Source: Paraphysomonas bandaiensis
Lineage: Eukaryota; Protista; Chrysophyceae
Length of the DNA: 64,000 nt
Assembly: GCA_965644295.1 (NCBI GenBank)
Contig: CBFFRP010000275.1
Coordinates: 52,532-116,531, forward strand
Direction: 5' to 3'
Shown piece by piece: positions 14,203-23,805 of this stretch. Positions within the stretch are counted from its first letter, which is position 1. Each line of letters begins with the position of its first letter. A program made the position numbers and the translations under genes. Under the pieces are notes generated by a model that did no database searches, had not been told where the DNA came from, and was given only the letters and a program-made list of their open reading frames with translations.

Positions 14203-14555
14203 GTAATTTACCCTAGTGTAATGGAACAAATTGTAGAGTTTGCTGTCAGCGTTGAGGAATCAGCAAATCCTTTCTGCATTGATGGCCGCTCTAGGGAGGA
14301 CAATGTGGAGCGCGAAAATGGAACCAAAGCAAAAGCGATGAAGGCAGAGTACTTTCGAGCGCTGAAGATGAGATGATTTGAGTCATTTCACTTGAAGCAT
14401 GAAGACTTTACTGCCTTTATCGATGTTGCTTTAGTTACCTTTCCCGGTTCCACATTGTCTTCCTTGGAGCGGCCATCAATGCGGAAAGGATTTTCTGACT
14501 CCTCTACACTGACAGCAAACTCTACAATTTGTTCCATTACACTAGGGTAAATTAC
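14203..14555. repeat. 353-bp fold-back (near-complete palindrome), 47-bp perfect outer stem
   Basis: gtaatttaccctagtgtaatggaacaaattgtagagtttgctgtcag is exactly inverted at 14509-14555. The arms stay alignable for about 145 bp or more toward a short centre. Confidence 0.95.
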
Positions 14556-14816
14556 TGTTGTCATGAATAGTGAGTAGTCAAATTATGAGACCTTTACATA
14601 TGAGTTCTTATCCCAAATGACTGGTGAACACCACAACACGCATGATATCTTAACATCGGACTGATATCCACACCATGATACTGTGACAGTCCATATCTAT
14701 GGGTGGGAAAAAGTCGACCACTTGGCCAAATATCCCAGGTTTTTAGCTGTCTTTTTTTATGATTCTGTTTCGGAGGAAAATGCAGTATTGAAGTTCATAC
14801 AGCACTGTACTATATT

Positions 14817-14890
14817 ACTCACTTTTACCCTTTTTTCACTCACTTTTACCCTTTTTTCACTCACTTTTACCCTTTTTCTACTCACTTTTC
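14817..14890. repeat. 21-bp pyrimidine-rich tandem repeat (actcacttttacccttttttc) x about 3.5
   Basis: Direct reading; lies upstream of the NCKX-like gene. Confidence 0.9.
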
Positions 14891-15131
14891 CCTGTCTTTT
14901 GCTTCCAAAAACCCTTTCATTTCACCCTATTTCCAATTTAAGCCCCCCATTCTAACGGGAAATTTCCCACCTCCTCAACGTATATATGTACAGTATGCAT
15001 ATATATACATGTACATACCCCATATGCCTATAGATGCGCACTGAACCCATATATATATATATATATACAGTTACAACTATGAAAGAATATCAAGTTCATC
15101 TCATGTGATATCAAGTGATCTGTATATTGAT

Positions 15132-17475
15132 ATGATGAGTTCATTTGTTGATATTTGCTGGTTGTTGATTGCAATCATCGGATTAATAGTCATATTCAAC
15201 AGTGTGTGTATTGTTGTAGACTCTCATCTTGTTCCAGGTACATACAGCCACATACATACACATACACCCACATACAGCCACATACATACACATACACCCA
15301 CATACAGCCACATACATACACATACACCCACATACAGCCACATACATACACATACACCCACATACAGCCACATACATACATGTAATCTGCTGTTTATGAC
15401 TGCTGTATGTAGCTGTTGAAGTCATTATAGAGGAATTCAGTGTACCTGAAGAAATAGCAGGTGAGTGTTGTGCAGCATGTCTCTTAATTATCGTTCTAAT
15501 CGTCATTATATATAATTATAGCTGTTACACTCATTGCTTTTGGTTCATCGGCTCCAGAGATCTTATTGAATACCGTGAGCGCAGTAAATAATGCATCGTC
15601 TTTGTCAATGCCTGCATTACTCGGCTCAGGTGGTTTCTTTTCAGATACAGTTGAATACTACCGACTCATTTATGTGCAGCTATCATTGCTTTTGGATTTA
15701 TACCTCCCCTCTGTGTTTTATACCAAGAGAAAGCGGACATATCTCTGGACACGGGACCGATAATAAGAGAGGTCTAGTCATTTTGTCCTGCGCTGTAGCC
15801 CCTCTATATATACTTGCGCTGAAATATGAGAAATATTTATCTCCCTGTCTAAGATTAACATGTAGACTTTGTTCTTTCTTTTTGGGCTGCTGCTTTTCAT
15901 GCAAATTATATCAGACGGCGTTTCCAGCACTAAAGAGGCACTTGAGTTGTTGTCTATTTATGTGTTTTACGTGTCCTTCGTGGTTGGAGCGTACTGTCTC
16001 AAGTTACGTTATGGAGGTGTAGAAAATAGCACTCCTCCCAAAAATGACGAAGAGTCAACCAATTTCTTAGCTGAGTATAGTTCAGGCAGTGGGGTGATTG
16101 AACTTCCTCCCCTTGAAATTTCAGTCCAAGGAGTAGAACCTTCGACTGCAACGAGTACTCGTGCAGATATTTTACACAGACTCAGCGGATACTATGAAAA
16201 AGTTTCCATTCCACTGAAATGGTGGCTTGCGAACACGATACCTCCTCTGAGACCCAGCGGGGCATTGACTCCTACGCATCCTGTACTGGCAAATGAAGCG
16301 AGGGTCAGAACCCCACGAGGTATGGATGCTATGCGTAGGGGAAACAGTACAGTATATTCCTGTGGCAATGACGATCCTAGCTCACTAGGTTCACCTGGTT
16401 CACCACTAAGAATGCGTGAGCCAGAGACACACGTATCCCCGGGTGGCACTGAATTACCCGTACTACATGCATGTCACCCAGAGAGATACGCCCGTTGCAT
16501 TGCGCGGCGTGAATCAGCACATTCATGCGGTCACCCAGTAATGATTGGGGTTGAGTCTGTTATTGGTGTTGCGCATACGTCTCTCTGTCGGTCGTTAGCG
16601 TGTATTGCTGTGTGCATCATCTATATATGCGTTTTTTCATCGTTGATTGTGGAGACATGCGACATAATAGTGTCTCATATGGGCATGTCCCAGACGACTG
16701 TCGGTGGTACTCTTGTTGCATTCGGTGCTCAGGTTCGGTTATGTCTATGTTGTTTGATAGTAGTTGGTCTGATATTTCTTCCCGATAGTATATTGTTATT
16801 GTGTGTGTCATGACTACTTGAAATTCGGTTTTGGTACTGATATCGTTACGATTTTAGATACCTGATATCGTGAGTGCCATGGTGTTGTCGCGGGATGGGT
16901 ACTACGATGGCGCTATGGCATGTGCGACCGGATCACAGGTACACACTAAATGTTCCGGAAGCATTAGTTCTCCAGTTTTGGTTTAATATTTAATGCAGGT
17001 GATAAACATTACTCTTGGTACTGGACTTCCCGCATTCGTTATGTGCCTATATGGTAACGGCAAGTTCAAGGTTGAGAATCAAGAAACGAGGTGATACAAC
17101 TTGTATGCGTTAGACGATACACGGCAGTCTGATCACTATATATATACTGCCCCGTGTCATCAATATTTATATTAAACACTCGAAATAAATATGCACTGGA
17201 GAATATTTATACTTTCATACCTTTCGGTATTCTTTCAACATGTGCCGTTATGACTCAAATGCATCACCAACTAATGTTTGCGCAGTTTAACGCTGCTTGT
17301 GTTTCTGGTCCTTGTGATTATCGCCGGATACGTGTGGCTAGCCTCACCAGCGCTGTCGTTACCAACAAGGAGTTGTAGTGTTCCCAAAGTCACCAAGATG
17401 ACAAGGATTGGAGCCTACCATCAGTTAATAATTTTCGCGGCGTCAATTGTCACATACATCACCTTGAATGAATAA
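15132..17475 (+). CDS. Na+/Ca2+(-K+) exchanger, NCKX/CaCA family, multi-exon
   Basis: Alpha-1 repeat AVTLIAFGSSAPEILLNTVSA...LLGS. Alpha-2 repeat GGTLVAFGAQ|IPDIVSAMVLSRDGYYDGAMACATGSQ|VINITLGTGLP. Two transmembrane bundles separated by a hydrophilic loop. Confidence 0.9.
15241..15380. repeat. 30-bp minisatellite (catacagccacatacatacacatacaccca) x 4.7 filling intron 1 (15238-15412) of the exchanger
   Basis: Four perfect copies plus 20 bp, between the GTAC donor and the TAG acceptor. Confidence 0.95.
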
Positions 17476-17978
17476 GTATGTATCAGAAACTCAGTATAAA
17501 TATCCGCTACGTCGTAGTGTTGGACTTGATTACTGTTCCATTTAATCGATTGTTATTTATGATTTGACATTACAGTGTGTTTATTGCAAGAAAGTTGTGT
17601 GCTGCAGAGTTCATTGTGTTATATATATTGTATTGTGGAGGCAAAGTGGCTCAGTCAATAGTCAATATAATATCGTGCGTATTGTATATTGTGGGTTAAT
17701 TGTAAACAAAATGATATAGAAGGCGCTGTGCCGCTATTCATATTGCAATGATATTGTGGTAAACGTATTTATATTTGAAATATATTGTTGGCGAACACTG
17801 GATTGCAGTTCAAATCAGCTATCATCTATCATTGCTTCCATAATCATTCTACTGTTAAGTAACATATACTTGCTGCGTGCGTTCAGTATTAAATACGTAA
17901 AATATACCCTTTGCTCTACACTAACAAATATATCAAATATTTTATGTCGTTCTGAAGAATTTAGTTACCTAGCAACTA

Positions 17979-20039
17979 CTATGCCAAACCACGAACGAAT
18001 AATACTCGATGTAAAACACTACCATTCGATAAATCACTGATATTTCCAACCAATTCCTGAATACTATCGTCCACAAATAACACCGAATTACTGCAGTGAT
18101 CTACACTATCACGATCACTACCAACAGGACGTGCATTTGACGTACCCGACCACGAACTATCCCTATTGCCACCACTGCTTCTAGGAAAGCTACAACCTTC
18201 AGCAGTGCTGCCAAATACATACCCTGCTTTCGACTCTTTTTTCTTCACCGTGCATATTTCCAGATCAGGTGGAGCACCCTGCGCCGATAAGAACGATCTA
18301 ATCTCGTTATGATTTTGGTTACGGGTGACGATCGCACACGGGTGCTGCCACATCAGTGAAATGAGGTCCACATCTACAGTGTGTCTGCCTACTATAGGTT
18401 TGGCACCACTTCTCGTAGAGGATACCGTTCTGTCAAAATCAAGAGCTATACGGCGCGGCTTTACCCTATTTGCAATCTCAATAACCGTGTCAGCATCACC
18501 TCGATGTAAGCCACACATATCACAAGAATGGGCATCGCAGATAAGGCATTTCAAAGCATGTGGACAGAACCAATCAACTTGACATTGCTCCCTGTAAGGA
18601 CACCTCCTACCCTGGGTTCGAATTTTGTCTTCACATTCGCAACAAATTCCACAGTGAACCCATAACGGAGTAAAAACACGACAACACACGCGGCAGAATT
18701 TATTGTTGGGGCAGTTTTTCATATCGCTTTTGTCCACAAGAGAACCTAGAGAAATGCTCGCCGGCCAACCACTACAAGAGATTGTATCTCTCATTTGAGG
18801 ACGGTACGTGTTCTCTATTGCTCTATATGAAGCGAAGAGTGACATTGACTCCGTTGCTGACGATGAAGCGGGTAAGTGCAGTGCAGGGGGCAAAGAATGC
18901 CTATCTGCAGAAGAATCTCCAGCAAGAAATATCATCCGATTCGACCTTGATAAGGCGATGTCATAAATATCTTCCAACCATTCAGACAATGCCTGCAAAG
19001 GAGGTAAAGCTCCACTTAAGAGATTGATATGACGATGAAGTTGTATGCCCCGCGTTCGTTCTCTTCCCACTTCCACCTGCGTATCAACATGCCCTTCGAG
19101 ACTATTCACATTGGCCAGAATATTGGCCACTCTGGTTGCACTCTTTTCCTCGAATTCACGGAGGACAGGTAGCGTGTCAGTGAGGGAAGAAATGGTGTTG
19201 CGAACTGCTGTTCGAGCAGAATTCACCTCGTCAACCATTCGAAGAGCTTTATCTCCCCCACGACATATGACTATACGAGAAACGAAATCTACAACTTCTT
19301 CAGAAAATCGAGAATCCTTAGATGGAAGTGAAGAAATGTGTTCTTTCATACGAGTCGACCATGTCACCTCACTGACAGATTCATTCGAATCATGTGATGC
19401 CGTAACTACTTCATGTGAATTGACGTCATTACAATTTCCTAGGTCGTCATTTCCAGAGGAAATGTCAAGGCTCTCCACGCCTTCGGCTTTAATCTTTGAG
19501 ATTGTATCTCTTGCATTACGTACTAGGGAGGTTGTTTCAAGGGGTCTATCCAATGCAGACGGTCTTCCTTTGGCTGGATGACGAGGAAGACAACATATAA
19601 CTTTAGCTATTGAACGAGCATCTGATACAGCCGCACATGCACCTTTACATCTCATTCTTGCATCAGCAATAGTTGTAAATCGTTCACTATGAACCCAACA
19701 ATGCTTTCTATTAATATCATTATTATTTATATGATCTTCACGAAAAAATGTTGCAAGTTGTGCTAATCCACGTTCAATAGATGTACCAGTATGATAGATA
19801 TGATACGCTAGTTTCTTCATGTTGATTAGCTCTTCTCTGAGACGATATGAGGCTGTTAAATCAGGTTGGATTAGTTCATTTATATATTCAATCATATCGT
19901 TTGGAAGGACTATTGATAGATCACGGCTGATTAAGTCATACGATCCACAGCAATAGTCTTGTATGTTAATGGGAGTTAATTCAAGAGGAGATCGACCGGG
20001 GATCTTGTTGATAAGAGTAATGAGATCAGATGTTTCCAT
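17979..20039 (-). CDS. 686-aa intronless protein: helical N-terminal region, Cys/His-rich zinc-binding region, C-terminal HAD-like phosphatase domain
   Basis: Long ORF with a Cys cluster CRVCC...HCGICCECE...CPY..C...CPH..KCLICDAHSCDMC. HAD motifs IALDFDRT, IVTRN, a candidate motif-III Lys and LFVDDS. Confidence 0.75.
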   Translation of the reverse strand: METSDLITLINKIPGRSPLELTPINIQDYCCGSYDLISRDLSIVLPNDMIEYINELIQPDLTASYRLREELINMKKLAYHIYHTGTSIERGLAQLATFFREDHINNNDINRKHCWVHSERFTTIADARMRCKGACAAVSDARSIAKVICCLPRHPAKGRPSALDRPLETTSLVRNARDTISKIKAEGVESLDISSGNDDLGNCNDVNSHEVVTASHDSNESVSEVTWSTRMKEHISSLPSKDSRFSEEVVDFVSRIVICRGGDKALRMVDEVNSARTAVRNTISSLTDTLPVLREFEEKSATRVANILANVNSLEGHVDTQVEVGRERTRGIQLHRHINLLSGALPPLQALSEWLEDIYDIALSRSNRMIFLAGDSSADRHSLPPALHLPASSSATESMSLFASYRAIENTYRPQMRDTISCSGWPASISLGSLVDKSDMKNCPNNKFCRVCCRVFTPLWVHCGICCECEDKIRTQGRRCPYREQCQVDWFCPHALKCLICDAHSCDMCGLHRGDADTVIEIANRVKPRRIALDFDRTVSSTRSGAKPIVGRHTVDVDLISLMWQHPCAIVTRNQNHNEIRSFLSAQGAPPDLEICTVKKKESKAGYVFGSTAEGCSFPRSSGGNRDSSWSGTSNARPVGSDRDSVDHCSNSVLFVDDSIQELVGNISDLSNGSVLHRVLFVRGLA

Positions 20040-20722
20040 TGGATGGATAAAAGAGAGTGGTGGTATGTAATGTGTGTAGAGAGGGAGGTGTGGTATATAT
20101 ATGTGTATGTGTATGTGTCCAGGTGTATATATATATATATGTACAGTGATATGATGGACACCATACTGCTATACTGTATGTACTGCTCTACTGTCCACTG
20201 CTACAGTGATGATACGTACAGAGAGATGATACGTACTCTGTACTCCACACTGTGGGCAGTTCTCTGAATATATATACCTATACTACACTGTATGTCGGTG
20301 TGTGTATGGTATGCTATATCTGCTGTATATCACTGTGCTCTGTATTTGCAACGCAATATAGATTTCCCAGTTTTCCTACTTATATAAGTACAAAACACCT
20401 AGTATTCTCTAGTATTCTCTAATATTTCAACAGAAAAAAGTCCAAAAAAATTCAACTCAACTTTTCAAGTGAAAATTTTCTGGATAATATGAACAAATAG
20501 ATCATCTCAAAATACTAATAAAGAGTTTTCATTGGCTACTCCCTTATCTCCCAGGGAGCTGTCCGTCAGTTGAGTTCATATCTCTATGTATACCAAGCAC
20601 TTGACCATGGTGACGAAATAAGTGTTGGATAGTGGAAGCAAGAAGTGATTACAAAGGAGTCTGTGAAGTATTTTATTATTGATATATTGAGTAGAACACT
20701 GTATTGTAGATAGATTGTTTGG

Positions 20723-22264
20723 ATGGGAGGCAGTTATAGTATTAACCGTTTAACTACACAGCAACAGAGTGAACTCACACGTACACTCCGTATCGAGTAT
20801 GAAAACTGCTGTAAGCAGAGTTATTCTCCTGCTGCACAACAAGAGCATTTGACAGCCAAATATGAACATCTTCTTAATAGATTCTCTACTGAGATGGGTC
20901 ACATGCACACACGGCGCAGTAAGGAAGAGGCTAACTTGGCGACAATCGGCCGACGTCGAAGTTTCAATAACTCGAAGCGTTCATTATCTCGTGGCAAGTA
21001 AGTTAAAATCTTTCATACTCATATTGCTCGATACGTGTTTCAGTGTTTGGTATACGATTTTGTAATTCTCAGTACTGACACTGTGATCAAATGTAGGTCA
21101 TCTGTGGCTCTGAGCAGATGTTTGTCGTCCGCTGAATTGGATGATGACATTATAGAAGAACCTACACCAGATGGTACGTTGGTAGTCATATTTTCTTTCC
21201 TTTCTCCTAACATATTTTTAGTGGACACGTGGGACTCAGTTGCTGACCAACCTTCCTGTTTGATTTGTTCAAGGATATTTCCGACGGCAGAAAAATTGAA
21301 AGATCATGAAGAGCACTCGGTACTTTTTTGTGATTATTCGTCATGTTGTATAATATGTTTGTTGTGATACTGGTAAGATGAGTAGTAATTATATGAGGTA
21401 TGTTTTTCGGATGTATGGAATAATATACCTCATCGGCATATCCTGTGCAGAACAACGACTGTGTTATTTAATGCGTATTCATAGGTGGAACATCAGGAGA
21501 ATCTCAATCGCATGAAAAACAAGAAGAAAAGTATATCTTGTGCCACCCGGTGTAAGTTGTATTATACTGGCAAGAAATTTTTCATTGACACGAACGACTC
21601 AATGGAGATTCATATATACTCCCACAACAAGAAAAACTGTGTTGAAGTGATCGCATTTGAGGGAAGTGCCCAAACAGAACTGCCACGAATATATCTCAAT
21701 GAAGAGGCTTTGTTGAAGTACGTTGGTAGGGATATTATATTTCATCGCATTGATGAAGAACTCAATAACATGAGTGTACGCGTGCTGAAGCGTTTTAAAG
21801 GGGCGATGCCATCTCGGGAGATGCTCTTTGACGAGGAAAAAAGAATTTTACTCTCTACTCATATCATAGGTAACCTTAAGGTGTCCATATCTCAAGCCAG
21901 CACTGGTTTGGCGCTGAAAAATATCGTATATAGCCCATCTGAGCCGAATAATACGCTAATGAGTTTATCTTACCCCTCGAAACCGAAGAATGTCAAGGCA
22001 GCAAAAGTTTCACGACGGCGCCACTCAACGGAGCAAGAACTGAAAGATGCTGCTCGAGGTCTATCGGCAATGCAAAAGTACGTGCGCCAAACTACAGGCA
22101 AGAGTACAAATGCTCGTACGCAAAAGTTTTGTACGAGTTCAGCCTCAACTCCACCGTTTCAGCCAACATCCAAGGTTGTCAGCGATCTCTCCCTCCGAAC
22201 CTCGATTGATGCAAATACCATATCCATCGACACACCCATTGCCCATGTTTCATGCCCATCTTAG
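20723..22264 (+). CDS. Hypothetical protein with one C2H2-type zinc finger and possible N-myristoylation; multi-exon
   Basis: Starts MGGSYS. CLICSRIFPTAEKLKDHEEHS|VEH spans a splice junction. Long final exon 21485-22264. Confidence 0.65.
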
Positions 22265-22876
22265 GTGTGCATTCGTATTTAGAGGCCTTGGGTGTTATTA
22301 GTTCACGCTATCAAATTTCGGCTCCTTATTGTGAAACCATATGTTTATGCCCACTGTGTGGGTTTGTATATTATTGCAGTAACGAATACGCCATGAAATA
22401 TTTGAGCTAGTTCTATTATTGTTATTAAATGTATGAACTAGGTTGCACTAATATGTTATAGTTACATAAACGTTAATATGCGAAAAAATCTGTCGGATAT
22501 TCACATATATTACATTATTGTTGGTAATTAAGCGTATTGTTATATAGATTTAATTTTATTTGTTTCAAAGCAGCAGCGTTGTACTCTTACCTATACACGG
22601 TTTATGTAGTCACGTATTGTGTAGATTGTCTATTATCTATTATGTTTAAATACTCAAAATTCAAAGTAATACTGTATTTCAATCTGTTCCTACATAAGAC
22701 ATTAATGCTATTTACTTCGTAAACGGTACTTAGTAGTGAATATTTTATTATTAGCAATATGGCTTTTGCATTGCAATTTAACTAGCTAGTGCTTCTCTCT
22801 GATATCCTACTATTTAGCGCTACGAATGCTGCTTGTGCAACAAGGTGCAACCACTTTCGATGATGATGATGATGAC

Positions 22877-23298
22877 CACTACGAACATCAATTTACTGAA
22901 TATGAAAACAGAGGACTTTTGATACAGAGAGGACGAGACTCTGGGCATAACTTATGATATCGTAGAAGACAAAAATTAAACTTCCTATGTGAACAAGAAG
23001 AGGAAATGGGTTCTCTCGATTCTGGCTACACGGTTTCAATCACACCAGAAGCCAGGTACCTCACGAAATATGTCGAATACCACACCGATACCCAAACAGT
23101 CAAGTGTAGAACGACCATGCTCTCCTCAAATCATGAAGAACTTGGTATAGCCAGAATCGAGAGAACTCATTCCTACTTCTTGTTCCCTTACGAAGTTTTT
23201 GATTTGTCTTCTACGGTGGAAGTCATGCATCCAGAGTCTAGTCCTCTATGTATCGAAGGTCCTCTGTCTTCATATTCAGTAAATTGATGATCGAAGTG
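22877..23298. repeat. Fold-back element with about 150-bp imperfect terminal inverted repeats, CACTA-like left terminus
   Basis: Left arm cactacgaacatcaatttactgaatatgaaaacagaggac...gttctctcgattctggcta; right arm reverse complement cacttcgatcatcaatttactgaatatgaagacagaggac...gttctctcgattctggcta. About 120-bp spacer. No TSD found. Confidence 0.85.
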
Positions 23299-23805
23299 AA
23301 AAAAGATATTGTTGATATTCCACAGCAGACGAAGAATGATGGAAAGTAACTTGGACTCCTGTTTGATGAACTACTTTTGAATATTGACTCGTCATTGTGG
23401 CTTCACTATAATTGTATAATGTAATGAAATTATATACAAATGACTGTCAATCATCACAGTTCAGATAGAAGATAGTTTCTGTTCGAGCCGAATATTGAAG
23501 TTGAATTTCTATACTTTTCCAGTGCAAATATGAGCGTTATGTTGAACAATTCGGGTCAAAAACACATTTTGGAGACAAATACGGATAAATCTATAGTATT
23601 GTGCACTCCGCTTAGATATATTCTGCACCTATTGACGTACTTCAGGAAAATAAACTTTTACTGCTGCTACAGTAATTAAAATATCTAATTAATATATTAT
23701 ATCTGTGCCAATCACACACTCCATGCTATATTGACTCTATCTCCATATTGACACGCACTATCTATTTAGTACATCCTAGCCCTCAACAATCGGAGAGTCC
23801 TCTGG

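Noticed and set aside
14817-15380. CRISPR-like appearance of the 21-bp and 30-bp repeats
   Set aside because: Head-to-tail tandem repeats with no spacers, eukaryotic context and no cas genes.
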